Source: a virus. From it: a stretch of 64,000 bases of DNA. This document shows, piece after piece, positions 1 to 9,736 of this stretch. The notes below the pieces were generated by a model. That model was given only the letters and a program-made list of their open reading frames with translations. It was not told the origin of the DNA and searched no databases. The DNA is taken from positions 11,341-75,340 of IMG/VR virus record IMGVR_UViG_3300044546_000330, one strand, 5' to 3'. Numbering within the stretch: position 1 is the stretch's first letter; each line of letters begins with the position of its first letter. The translations under genes were made by a program, and so were the position numbers.

Positions 1-291
1 GAACTTCCAAAAAGTGTCTTAATATTGCCGTTTGGAATGACAAGGTCTCAGTGTATTAAGTACCTGAAGACTTTTGACTACCTAGTTTCTACTACTGTGG
101 ACAATGACCCGATCATAACAGACTTGCACAGATTTGCACTGAAGTTGGGTACTAAGTCCATAGAAGAGATAGAGTTAGAACAGAAAGTAGTGGACGGGGA
201 TGATTGGTATAGGGATGAACTTGGATTGGAAGTCTATGCATATAGCTTCCTAAGTATTGAATCACATTTTAAAGACTTAAGACATGATTAG
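1..291 (+). CDS. hypothetical protein, probably 5'-truncated by the window edge
   Basis: Frame is open from position 1 (ELPKSVLILPFG...), so the TTG start at 25 is probably not real. The stop overlaps the polA start. Confidence 0.55.
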   Translation, partial: ELPKSVLILPFGMTRSQCIKYLKTFDYLVSTTVDNDPIITDLHRFALKLGTKSIEEIELEQKVVDGDDWYRDELGLEVYAYSFLSIESHFKDLRHD

Positions 292-2488
292 AGTGGTAAC
301 CAACCAGGAGACTGGCTACAGTGGAAACTGGGACGAGTTTGTTAGGTGGGTTACACCTCAAACAGAACTCCAGTTTGATATAGAAACAAACGTCACCCAG
401 TGGTGGTGTACAAAGCAAGTCAAGACCCTACAGTTTGGGGATGTAGAAGGACAGGTTCAATACGTGTTAGAGTACAGTATACTAGATGATGCGCAGTTAA
501 ACCTTATCAAAGAAGTGCTAGAGAGTTGGCAAATTCTTAAGTTAATCCACAGAGCTTCGTTCGAATACGTTGTCATGGCTTTCCACGGTATAGAGGTGCA
601 CAATGTATATTGTACTTTAGTAGCAGAGAAAGTACTGCAAGGAGGAGCAGAGAACGTAGACTACGCTCTTGCGGACTTAACAAGAAAGTACCTTAAGTAT
701 GATCTAGACAAAGGACTGCAAACTTCCTTTGGAGATGGTATACTTACACCTGAAAAAGTCAAGTACGCTGCAGATGACGTAGTTCCCCTTGGAAAGATAA
801 AAGCTCTTCAAGATGCTCAGACTAAAAAGTGGGGACTTGAAAACGTAATGTGGCTAGAGATGAGAAGTCTTTTAGCTTTCTCTGAATGTACCTACCATGG
901 TGTAGCACTTGACCTTACTAAATGGAGGGAGAATATTGCACTAGCTCAGCCAATTGTTACAGAGGCCAAGAAGCAACTTGATCAGTGGATAAGGGATGAC
1001 TCTCGTTTACTGGCTAAAGCTGTAGATCACAACTTTTACAAAGTGAATGACACTGTAAACTTTAATCTTAACAGCCCTGTACAAAAGTTACAACTATTAA
1101 AACTTGTCTTCCCTGACATACAAGGGGCAAGTCTGTCTATCTTAAAAGCGTACATGAGAGACAACAACTCTTTACCTGCTAATAAGATGTACTTACTTGT
1201 TACATTACTAGAGAAAGACACTCAGCCTTTTTCTGAGTACCTTGTAAAGAATCACAGAGAAGAACTTATAGAAAGTAACTTATTACTACCTGCAGGTACT
1301 ATACAGATAAACTGGAATTCTATAGACCAGGCTTTACTTGTGTTACAGGGCGTAGAGCCTAAACTTAAAAGCCTTTCAGAAGATTCCTTAGGTAAGGTTA
1401 CTCATCCGGTATTCGAACAACTCAGCGACTACAAAGATTCTCTGAAGCTTACCTCCTCTTATGGAGAAGCATTCATAGAAAAACATGTAGAACCTGACGG
1501 CAGGGTAAGGACTAACTACAACCAAGTAGTAAGTACAGGTAGGAGCAGTTCCGCTAAGCCTAACATGCAAAACATTCCTGCTAAAGAATCTCCCAAATCT
1601 GTAGTAGACCCTTGGTTAAAAGATAACCCAGGTAAGAAACCTAAAGACTTCTTTTACCGGTACAGAAATAGTTTTACTTATGACCCAGACTGGGTATTTG
1701 TAGACTCTGACTTTACAGGTCAAGAACTTTGTCTTATAGCTTTTGCGTCTCAAGATGATGTATGGTACAAAGCCATAGAAAGAGGAGAGGATTTACACAG
1801 TGTAACTGCTGCGATGGTGTTCGGAAGAAAGTGGACCGCTGCTACTCAAGGAGACTGCGTATTTGCAACAGACAGACAAAAGTGTAAATGTGCAGGGCAT
1901 CAAACTCTTAGAACAGCAGTTAAGACTATCAACTTTGGCTTAGCTTATGGCATGTCCAAGTACAAACTTGCAAGTACTATACGGTGTTCTGTGCAGGAAG
2001 CTCAACAGCTTATTGACCAGTACTTCGAAACCTTTCCACAGATTAAAAAGACCTTGACAAGTTTTGGACGTTTTGCTCTTGAAAACGGGTATACTCAAAG
2101 CCTCAAACCTTTCTTTAGAAAGCGCTGGTTTGCTAATTGGGAAAGTCTTAGATCAAGAGTACAACTTCATACCTCAAACATCGACTACAACGCAAGCTTA
2201 GGCAGAATAGAACGACAAGCTAAAAACCATCCTATTCAAGGCTCTGGTGGAGATTCCATTAAGATGGCAATGTGGCTTACTTACAAATACATAAGAGATA
2301 ACAAACTTACAGACAAGATACACATAGTCTTAAATGTACACGATCAACTTACTACGGTATGTGAAAAGAGTATAGCAGATGACTGGTGTGTGACTTTTGA
2401 CAAACTTATGTGTGACGCGGCCAAGATTATCATCCCTACAGGTCTTCTAAAAGCAGAAACAATGAAAAGTCCAGTTTGGACAAAGTAA
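284..2488 (+). CDS. polA: DNA polymerase family A (3'-5' exonuclease + polymerase, no 5' nuclease domain)
   Basis: ExoI FDIET, ExoIII YAADDV, TGRSSSAKPNMQNIP, motif A DSDFTGQEL, motif B RTAVKTINFGLAYG, NHPIQGSGGD, motif C VHDQ. Confidence 0.96.
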   Translation: MIRVVTNQETGYSGNWDEFVRWVTPQTELQFDIETNVTQWWCTKQVKTLQFGDVEGQVQYVLEYSILDDAQLNLIKEVLESWQILKLIHRASFEYVVMAFHGIEVHNVYCTLVAEKVLQGGAENVDYALADLTRKYLKYDLDKGLQTSFGDGILTPEKVKYAADDVVPLGKIKALQDAQTKKWGLENVMWLEMRSLLAFSECTYHGVALDLTKWRENIALAQPIVTEAKKQLDQWIRDDSRLLAKAVDHNFYKVNDTVNFNLNSPVQKLQLLKLVFPDIQGASLSILKAYMRDNNSLPANKMYLLVTLLEKDTQPFSEYLVKNHREELIESNLLLPAGTIQINWNSIDQALLVLQGVEPKLKSLSEDSLGKVTHPVFEQLSDYKDSLKLTSSYGEAFIEKHVEPDGRVRTNYNQVVSTGRSSSAKPNMQNIPAKESPKSVVDPWLKDNPGKKPKDFFYRYRNSFTYDPDWVFVDSDFTGQELCLIAFASQDDVWYKAIERGEDLHSVTAAMVFGRKWTAATQGDCVFATDRQKCKCAGHQTLRTAVKTINFGLAYGMSKYKLASTIRCSVQEAQQLIDQYFETFPQIKKTLTSFGRFALENGYTQSLKPFFRKRWFANWESLRSRVQLHTSNIDYNASLGRIERQAKNHPIQGSGGDSIKMAMWLTYKYIRDNKLTDKIHIVLNVHDQLTTVCEKSIADDWCVTFDKLMCDAAKIIIPTGLLKAETMKSPVWTK

Positions 2489-2499
2489 AACAATAGAAA

Positions 2500-2970
2500 A
2501 TGGAACAACTAACATACTTCAGCGCACCTGGAGTAATGGTTGAACCTACTGCAGACGAGTTTGCTTCCCACCTTAAACGAGTACTGTGTGACTATAACAA
2601 TGCTAGATACTCGTTTAAGTTTACTCCTTTAGATATGGAGGAAAGTAACAGAAAGACAGAACTAGTTTTACTTAGACAAGCGTTCTGCTTTGTCTACAGC
2701 AAAAGCAGTTTCTTCACAACTCTTAGAGCAATAGGTTCTTACCTAGGAAACAGAGATCATACAACTGTAATATACAGTACCCAGACTTTTGTAGACCTAC
2801 TAGACTGCGAACACGCAGCAGCAACGGATTTATATAACTATTTAAAAAACAGAGGACTATTACTATATGATCACAACATCAAACGAAAAACAGACAAGCA
2901 AAGACACGGCTTGCAACTCGGTAATACTAGCGCAACTGCTATACGAGACCCTGAAAACTCTCCCCGGTAA
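2500..2970 (+). CDS. stand-alone DnaA C-terminal (domain IV) helix-turn-helix protein
   Basis: RKTELVLLRQ...TLRAIGSYLGNRDHTTVIYS matches the DnaA domain IV signature (RQ...SL..IG..FGGRDHTTV). No AAA+ domain. Confidence 0.85.
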   Translation: MEQLTYFSAPGVMVEPTADEFASHLKRVLCDYNNARYSFKFTPLDMEESNRKTELVLLRQAFCFVYSKSSFFTTLRAIGSYLGNRDHTTVIYSTQTFVDLLDCEHAAATDLYNYLKNRGLLLYDHNIKRKTDKQRHGLQLGNTSATAIRDPENSPR

Positions 2971-3352
2971 TGAAACCTTGGGAGAGGTGTTATTAGACTA
3001 CCAAAGAAAAACAGTAGTCCAACTTCCACAACAGACACAACAGTGGATTATGAAGGAAATAGCAAAGGAAAAGGTACAAGCCTTACCTCCTTTGTTTAGA
3101 CAGCATATCAATGTTGTACCTGGTATAGGAGAAGTACTTTACAAAGGCCTTAGTGACATGATAGACTTTACTACTACTTTTAAAGGGAAAGCAAGAAATG
3201 TAGACCCTGAAAAGTATAGACTGTTTGTACAGTTAATGCGGGCAGAACTAGGTGCAGACTTAACAGGAGGTACTCCTTGTTTAAGCGCAGAAAGTGGTAC
3301 TCTCTCTATAAAATTTGCTTTACCTGTAAACAAGGAGGTAGAAGATGAGTAG
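2867..3352 (+). CDS. hypothetical protein
   Basis: 161-aa ORF in operon context; its stop overlaps the next start. Confidence 0.6.
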   Translation: MITTSNEKQTSKDTACNSVILAQLLYETLKTLPGNETLGEVLLDYQRKTVVQLPQQTQQWIMKEIAKEKVQALPPLFRQHINVVPGIGEVLYKGLSDMIDFTTTFKGKARNVDPEKYRLFVQLMRAELGADLTGGTPCLSAESGTLSIKFALPVNKEVEDE

Positions 3353-4802
3353 TCACGTAGATGTTTATAACTTATTTGGCCCGCCAGAGACGCCGGCCAT
3401 AGACCCTATGACATTGCTAAGTCCTCATCAACTCATAGCAGGAGAACTCTTATTAGAGTACTTGGTTAGGAATAAAGAAGAGTACGATTTTGCACGTCTT
3501 AAAGGGTACGCAGGAACTGGTAAAAGTTTCTTACTTTCTCGAGTACTTGAATCTTATGGAGGTAAAGGAATAGGCATATCAGCCCCTACCCATAAAGCAG
3601 TCAAAGTAATAAAAGAGCAAAGTGAGCCTAATTCTTTTACTTTTGGGACTATCCATTCTTTGTTTGGACTTACTCAGTCTGTATCAGCAAAAGGAATAGT
3701 GTCTTACAAACCTGTATGGCCCCCTAAACCCGCCAAGATAGATTCTTTACACTTACTTGTTGTTGACGAGGCTTCTATGCTAGACTTAGCTTTGCTAACA
3801 CAGATATTAGAGTACTTGAAAAGAGACAAAGTAAACTTAAAAGTTATCTTCTGCGGAGACCCCCTACAAGCTCCCCCAGTAGGAGAAAAAGAAAGTCATG
3901 TGTTTACGGATAAAGTACTAGAAGAGTACAAAGTTCTAAACCTAGAGTTAAGTGAACCGATGCGTCAATCAATTGACAATCCTATCCTTTCTTATGCCAC
4001 CAGTATTCGATCGAACATACGTGTAAACAAAGATTACAAAGAGTTTATAAGTACTACAGGAGAAATAGGCATAGAAGCTATAAACACAGAAACTTTCCAT
4101 TCTATTGTATTGCCTATGTTTGACAAAAGGTTTGATGAGAATCAAGACTTTATCAAGATCCTGGCATGGACTAATGCGCAGGTAAATGTTATCAACGACT
4201 TAATTAGAAAGTACAGACTTAAAACTGACTTACCTGATAAATTAGTTGTAGGAGAATACCTTGTAGCAGATAAGCCTATCATACAAAAAGGGCAGATACG
4301 CGGGATAAACATAAACACTTCTGAAGAGATGGAAGTAGTAGCACTCAAGAAGACAACGATTAAAGTAAGTTGGAAACTATACCACAGTACAGAAAAGAGT
4401 GAAGAACTTAACACTTCTTGTACTAGAGAAGAGAAAGAGTTTAACATCTACAAGTGCAGTGTAAAACTTATGAGAGATGGTTACCCTGTGTTTGCAACTA
4501 TTGATGTACTCCATGAATCTGAAGAGGCTGAGTATGATAAACTACTTGCCGAACTAAAGACTACTGCAGTAACTTCTGCTCAGAGTAAGGCAGCTTGGGT
4601 AGAGTTTTATCAGTTTCAAAGTAACTTCGCAGCTATAAAGTACAACTACGCTTTAACTGTTCACAAGAGTCAAGGGTCTAGCTATGAGAACTGTGGTATA
4701 ATACTACTAGACATAGACAGAAACCCTAACACAGAAGAAAAGAACAAGCTCAAGTACGTAGCTGTAACGCGGGCTAAGAAAAAACTATTTATCATCACTT
4801 AA
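3345..4802 (+). CDS. SF1B (Dda/RecD-like) DNA helicase
   Basis: Walker A GYAGTGKS, APTHKA, TIHS, Walker B VVDEASM, GDPLQAPPV, MRQ, YALTVHKSQGSSY, YVAVTRA. Confidence 0.95.
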   Translation: MSSHVDVYNLFGPPETPAIDPMTLLSPHQLIAGELLLEYLVRNKEEYDFARLKGYAGTGKSFLLSRVLESYGGKGIGISAPTHKAVKVIKEQSEPNSFTFGTIHSLFGLTQSVSAKGIVSYKPVWPPKPAKIDSLHLLVVDEASMLDLALLTQILEYLKRDKVNLKVIFCGDPLQAPPVGEKESHVFTDKVLEEYKVLNLELSEPMRQSIDNPILSYATSIRSNIRVNKDYKEFISTTGEIGIEAINTETFHSIVLPMFDKRFDENQDFIKILAWTNAQVNVINDLIRKYRLKTDLPDKLVVGEYLVADKPIIQKGQIRGININTSEEMEVVALKKTTIKVSWKLYHSTEKSEELNTSCTREEKEFNIYKCSVKLMRDGYPVFATIDVLHESEEAEYDKLLAELKTTAVTSAQSKAAWVEFYQFQSNFAAIKYNYALTVHKSQGSSYENCGIILLDIDRNPNTEEKNKLKYVAVTRAKKKLFIIT

Positions 4803-4813
4803 AACTATACAAC

Positions 4814-5086
4814 ATGACAGCGCACGAGATATGGGCCGGTAAATATACCCACTCTACCGAAGAACCGGAATTACTTGGACGAGTAATAGCATCATCTTTT
4901 AGAGTAGCTTGTTGGCTCTATGAACTTCAAAGTACTATACATGGCCTACAAAGCCTGATGGAGAAAGACATAGAGCCTGACGACGAACACTTTGGAAAAT
5001 GGTACTACGACCCTATTACTAACAGCAACTTCTGGACTGGTAAGTACTACCAGACTAAGGAAGAGGCACAAAAGAGTTTTATATGA
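4814..5086 (+). CDS. hypothetical protein
   Basis: 90-aa ORF with A-rich leader; ATGA overlap with the next gene. Confidence 0.6.
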   Translation: MTAHEIWAGKYTHSTEEPELLGRVIASSFRVACWLYELQSTIHGLQSLMEKDIEPDDEHFGKWYYDPITNSNFWTGKYYQTKEEAQKSFI

Positions 5087-5364
5087 CGGAACTAATAGAA
5101 AAGACCTCTTACGAGGCGAGACTTAAAGAACTTGTAGATTTACAGTATATTAAAGTTGAAGAACTGCAAGAGTACATTGCCAAAGAAGTAGAACTTGCTT
5201 ACAAGGCAGGGATGCTAAGGTTTAATGCTTTAGACCATACATTCCAAGCCCCGGGAACTAAACTCTTGCTTCAATGGAACAAGGAAGACCTATCTTTTAT
5301 GGAAGTAGGAGAAGGAGCACTTCTTCCCTCTCTTTACTTACAAGCTAAAGGGTTCAAAAGATGA
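5083..5364 (+). CDS. hypothetical protein
   Basis: 93-aa ORF with ATGA overlaps on both sides. Confidence 0.6.
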   Translation: MTELIEKTSYEARLKELVDLQYIKVEELQEYIAKEVELAYKAGMLRFNALDHTFQAPGTKLLLQWNKEDLSFMEVGEGALLPSLYLQAKGFKR

Positions 5365-6560
5365 CTAAAGAGCAAGCATTAGAGAACAAAACAAGAGTAC
5401 AAGAAGAGACCAGGAAAGCCTGGTTCCAGGTAGGCTGTTGTGGTACTGCTGAACTAGCAACCGGGTCAGGCAAGTCTAAGATAGCAATCGACTGCTTACA
5501 ACAGTTGAGAGCTGATCCCTTAATGGGAACTTTCAAGACTTTACTAGTCACCCCTACTGAAAGTATGAGAGATGATGACTGGCCCGCAGAGTTTGCAAAG
5601 TGGAACGCAAGTACAGATGACGTAAAACTTATTTGCCAAGCCTCTCTTGGAAAAGAGAAGTTAGACAAGTACGACTTTATCATTCTAGATGAGTATCATA
5701 ACTGTACTGTGAATATTCTTAAAAAGATAGAAATTGCTAAGCTTAGAGGCGCCAAAATCCTTGGTCTTACTGCCACGCTGCCCGACAAGGCAAACTGGCC
5801 TGATGAGATTGAAAGAGTAGGTTACCTTAGAGAGATAGTTCCAAGTATCTACAAAGTCACAACTGATGAGGCTGTAGATCTTGGACTTATCTGTGACTTT
5901 GAGGTACAAGTACTTAAGTTTAAACTCGATACTATTCACCACGTTATACCGGCGGGCAGTAAAGCTACTCCCTTTATGAACACAGAATCTTCTCAGTACA
6001 TCTACTTGACCAAGCAACTGCAGAAAGCTATGTACTCTAAGAATGAGTTCTTAAAGTTTTCAGCAATTCAGAAAAGAACTTCTTTTTTGTACAACTTACC
6101 ATCTAAGACTAGACTTGCTAAAGCATGCATGGATAAGATGACAAGCGGTACAAAAAGAACTCTTGTTCTGGCTGGGAGTATTGAACAGGCAAACTTACTT
6201 TGTGGAGACTATGTGTACCACTCAGAAAGTAGTCAGAAATACTTAGATGAGTTTCAAGACGAAAAGATTAACATACTAGGTGCCGTAAAAGCACTTGACG
6301 AAGGTAGGAATCTTAAAAACTTAGAACAACTCTTAGTAGTACAAGTTCAGAGTGGTGAAAGGAGATTAGTGCAACGCATTGGCCGAGCTGTCAGGGTAGA
6401 CTATAATAACATGGACAAGAAAGCCTTAATAGTTATTCTAGTTTCTATAGCAGGAAACGATGGGAAATGTGCTGACGAGGAGTGGTACAAATCTGCCATA
6501 AGGGGATTTGACACTAAACGAATAACAGAAACCCTGGTTAAGGCACCTGACCATACTTAA
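5361..6560 (+). CDS. SF2 DExH helicase (UvsW/ResIII-like)
   Basis: ATGSGKS, ILDEYH, GLTAT, LDEGRN, QRIGRAVR. Confidence 0.92.
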   Translation: MTKEQALENKTRVQEETRKAWFQVGCCGTAELATGSGKSKIAIDCLQQLRADPLMGTFKTLLVTPTESMRDDDWPAEFAKWNASTDDVKLICQASLGKEKLDKYDFIILDEYHNCTVNILKKIEIAKLRGAKILGLTATLPDKANWPDEIERVGYLREIVPSIYKVTTDEAVDLGLICDFEVQVLKFKLDTIHHVIPAGSKATPFMNTESSQYIYLTKQLQKAMYSKNEFLKFSAIQKRTSFLYNLPSKTRLAKACMDKMTSGTKRTLVLAGSIEQANLLCGDYVYHSESSQKYLDEFQDEKINILGAVKALDEGRNLKNLEQLLVVQVQSGERRLVQRIGRAVRVDYNNMDKKALIVILVSIAGNDGKCADEEWYKSAIRGFDTKRITETLVKAPDHT

Positions 6561-6561
6561 G

Positions 6562-7068
6562 ATGACTCTACAAGAAGTTACAGAATGGTTAGTACTCAAC
6601 AAGTACATGACCTATCACAAAGGAAAACCTATCTTTACAGACAAGTTCAAACACGAAGTAAGTACTTCATCAGTACCCGCAGTGAGCTCTACAAGTGTAG
6701 CGCTTTCCACCACTATCGATTACGAAGAAGAGTACAAACAGTTCATACTAAAGTGTCAGGTTCCTCCAAGAGGGTATGATAACTTTCAAAGGGCCTATGC
6801 ACTCAATAAGTTTTCAAAAGATGGTGCAGTAGCGTACAAAGAAGCTATAGTAAAAGGTTACAACATGGACATACTAGCTATGGTTGTCCATACGTATTAC
6901 AAGTCTTCCATAAACTTTAAGAAAGCAATAGGCAACTATATGGTTTCAGGAGAATGGCAGACTGATTATACTACCTTTATGGCTAAACACGAAGATGGCA
7001 AACTTAAAGAACACTTAAAACAAGAAACACACGATGTCAACAATATCCCATGGTTTACCAGAGGTTAA
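6562..7068 (+). CDS. hypothetical protein directly upstream of the DnaB helicase (possible initiator/loader)
   Basis: 168-aa ORF overlapping the helicase start; function inferred from position only. Confidence 0.55.
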   Translation: MTLQEVTEWLVLNKYMTYHKGKPIFTDKFKHEVSTSSVPAVSSTSVALSTTIDYEEEYKQFILKCQVPPRGYDNFQRAYALNKFSKDGAVAYKEAIVKGYNMDILAMVVHTYYKSSINFKKAIGNYMVSGEWQTDYTTFMAKHEDGKLKEHLKQETHDVNNIPWFTRG

Positions 7069-8194
7069 TTTACACCTCAAAGAAGTAAAGAACAGAGCAT
7101 TCTTAGAAGAAGTTGAAAGGGGCCGTAGCGGTGCAAATGCTGGTCTCCCTTCCACACTGAAACTGAGTACTAAGTTACATGGTATACAAAAAGGCAGATA
7201 CTATCTTTTGGGGGCTCACCCGAATGTAGGAAAGACTCAGTTTACAGACTTTTACTTTGTACTATCTGCTTGGCTTAATGCTAAGAAGGCAGGAAAGAGG
7301 ATAAAGATCTTTTACTGTTCTTTCGAGTTATCTGCCATTGTTAAAAAGGCAAAGTGGTGTACATTCTACTTACATTGGAAGTATCAGTTGGACTGGTCTT
7401 CAGATTTTGTACTAGGTAGGATACCAAATGACGTGCCAACAGACGATCAGATGGTCCTCATAACAGAAGCTTACACTTTTGTAGAGGCAATTATGTTGGA
7501 CATGATTGTACTAGACATTCCCTTAACTCCTGACGCCCTTACGAACTACTTAATAGACAACTATTACAGTTTAATGGGTACTGTGGTACGGGAACCAGTC
7601 ACAGAAGAGCAGAAGAAAAAGAAACACAGAGGAAGAATTACAGGGTATAGTCCTAACATAGACATACCACTTACACTACTTGTTATAGACCACATGGCCC
7701 TATTGGCCGGTAAGAACCTAAAAGAGTCTATGGACCAGATGAGTACGAACTGTGTTTTTCTAAGAAACATCTTTGAACTGTCTCCTGTAATAGTACAGCA
7801 GTTTAATCAAGACCTAAACAAAACTCGCAGGGAGTCTTTGGCTAGGCATGGGGAAAAGAATGCACCTACAAACATTCTTGCGCCCCAACAACTCGACTTT
7901 GGAGATTCTACTTACACTTATAGGGATGCTGATGTAGTCTTAGGACTGGTCAAGCCTAGTAAGTTTGGAGTAGCAGTCTTTGAGGATTTCCCTGCCAGTC
8001 CCCCTTCAGTCGGAGGGTTAGGGGACTGTCTTGCTGTACTGTACTTAATCAAGAACAGGTACGGTTCAGTTGGAAGTATTTACCCTCTTTTTATGAATGG
8101 AATAGCTGGCATGTTCTATGACCTACCGGATACTCTTGAGCCGGATTTAAGTCCTTGGATAGAGTCAGCTTTAAAACTCTCGCAAAATGGCTAA
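7034..8194 (+). CDS. dnaB: DnaB-like replicative helicase
   Basis: Walker A GAHPNVGKT, SFELS, VIDHMALL, VQQFNQ, DFGDS..YRDADVV, KNRYG. Confidence 0.88.
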   Translation: MSTISHGLPEVNLHLKEVKNRAFLEEVERGRSGANAGLPSTLKLSTKLHGIQKGRYYLLGAHPNVGKTQFTDFYFVLSAWLNAKKAGKRIKIFYCSFELSAIVKKAKWCTFYLHWKYQLDWSSDFVLGRIPNDVPTDDQMVLITEAYTFVEAIMLDMIVLDIPLTPDALTNYLIDNYYSLMGTVVREPVTEEQKKKKHRGRITGYSPNIDIPLTLLVIDHMALLAGKNLKESMDQMSTNCVFLRNIFELSPVIVQQFNQDLNKTRRESLARHGEKNAPTNILAPQQLDFGDSTYTYRDADVVLGLVKPSKFGVAVFEDFPASPPSVGGLGDCLAVLYLIKNRYGSVGSIYPLFMNGIAGMFYDLPDTLEPDLSPWIESALKLSQNG

Positions 8195-8861
8195 CATAGT
8201 ATTAATAGTAGGCGATCAGGGTACTGGTAAATCAGCATCAGTAGAATCTCTTGACCCTAAAGAAACTTTTATAGTAAACTGTTCTAACAAACCCTTGCCG
8301 TTTGGCGGGAGTGGCGGACAGTATAAAGTAGGAGTTAACCTTTTTGTAAGTGACTCTTCAGTTGCTATTCTTCCAGTACTTGATGCAGTAGACAAGAACT
8401 CTGCTATCAAAAACTTGGTAATAGATGACTCAGGATTCATTATGTCAGAGATATACTTTAAGCGCGCATCAGAAACAGGCTTTGGTAAGTTCACTGCTAT
8501 TGCGCAAGCGTATCAGTCTATACTTAGCAAGTGTAAGTCTATGCGACCAGACCTTAATGTAGCAGTAATGATGCACGAAGAGAATGAAGTTTCTAATGGT
8601 ATTATCGTAGGAAAGAAAGGCCGTACAGTTGGAAAACTTGTAGACGACCAGTACAATCCTCTTAGTGTGGTATCTATAGCTTTGTTTACAGCTGTAACCT
8701 TTAACAAGGACGGCATACCAGAGTACAACTTCATTACTAATCGATGCATGGTAAGCGGCGTAGTCATTCCCGCAAAGTCTCCTAAGGGGATGTTTGACTT
8801 AAAGGTACCTAATAACCTTGATGTAGTATTTAAAGCTGCACGAACTTATTACGGAGCATAA
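8187..8861 (+). CDS. AAA_24/Sak4-like P-loop ATPase (recombination)
   Basis: IVGDQGTGKS, VIDDSGF, GKLVD, AKSPKGMF. Confidence 0.82.
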   Translation: MANIVLIVGDQGTGKSASVESLDPKETFIVNCSNKPLPFGGSGGQYKVGVNLFVSDSSVAILPVLDAVDKNSAIKNLVIDDSGFIMSEIYFKRASETGFGKFTAIAQAYQSILSKCKSMRPDLNVAVMMHEENEVSNGIIVGKKGRTVGKLVDDQYNPLSVVSIALFTAVTFNKDGIPEYNFITNRCMVSGVVIPAKSPKGMFDLKVPNNLDVVFKAARTYYGA

Positions 8862-8887
8862 TTTTCAAAACTTTTAAACTAAGAAAT

Positions 8888-9685
8888 ATGAACAACGCAC
8901 TTTTAGGTTTCTTGAATGAAATCAAAGTAAACGAAGTCGCTGCCCCAGTAGGCCGATTGACAACCAAGAAAGAGACTAACCCGGCTAGTAACTTTATGGG
9001 TATCCGTGTATGGAAAGATGGAAGTATTTTCCCTTCTCGTACTTTAGTAGATACCTATAACTTAGAGTACCCTAAAGCTACAGTGACTATCATTGATGTA
9101 CACAACGAAGATGGTAGTCTTAAGAAAGATGCTGAAGGTAAGCAAGTAGTAAAAAGAACGGTTAGTTTTCCTGAAGGGAGTACAGCAAACGGTCTTGACA
9201 TCTTTGCTTTAGCTGACTGGACTCAAGTAGACGAAACATTCCGTGCTAACAAGTTGATTCTTGTAGGTATTACTTCTAAGTCTATGCCTAAAGTAGAAGT
9301 CTTCTCTAATGTAAAGTACAATGATGACGGTACACCGCAGAACAGTGTAATGGATCAAGGTGCAACTACGTATGGTAGAGAAACTTTGTTGCCTTTGGTA
9401 AAGTCTGTGTACGGTATGGAACCTGGAGAAAATGGTTATATAGATTTGGAAATTAACCCAAGCTTTAACTTGAAATCAAAAGTAGCTAACGGTGTCTTTC
9501 TTATCCCTAAGACTATTGTCCGCGGAGAAAAGAAAGGTCATGCAGATTACTTAAGAAGAGAGAACATTGATGTGTTACCTATGACGCCTGTAGTTCCTGT
9601 ACAAAGTACTATTGACCAAACTAGCACAGCTATAGCAGAGATGCCTCAAGATATTGCAGAAAGCGTATCTAGTGTACCTGCATAG
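8888..9685 (+). CDS. hypothetical protein
   Basis: 265-aa ORF with A-rich Bacteroidota-type leader. Confidence 0.7.
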   Translation: MNNALLGFLNEIKVNEVAAPVGRLTTKKETNPASNFMGIRVWKDGSIFPSRTLVDTYNLEYPKATVTIIDVHNEDGSLKKDAEGKQVVKRTVSFPEGSTANGLDIFALADWTQVDETFRANKLILVGITSKSMPKVEVFSNVKYNDDGTPQNSVMDQGATTYGRETLLPLVKSVYGMEPGENGYIDLEINPSFNLKSKVANGVFLIPKTIVRGEKKGHADYLRRENIDVLPMTPVVPVQSTIDQTSTAIAEMPQDIAESVSSVPA

Positions 9686-9686
9686 T

Positions 9687-9718
9687 CTTGGCACTGTAGT
9701 GACTTTTATTTAACTTTG
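9687..9718 (+). promoter_or_regulatory. Bacteroidota sigma-A-type promoter (CTTG-N20-TAACTTTG)
   Basis: -7 element TAnnTTTG at 9711-9718 and a -33-like CTTG 20 nt upstream, intergenic before 9737. Confidence 0.7.
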
Positions 9719-9736
9719 ACCTCTTAAACAAACTAT

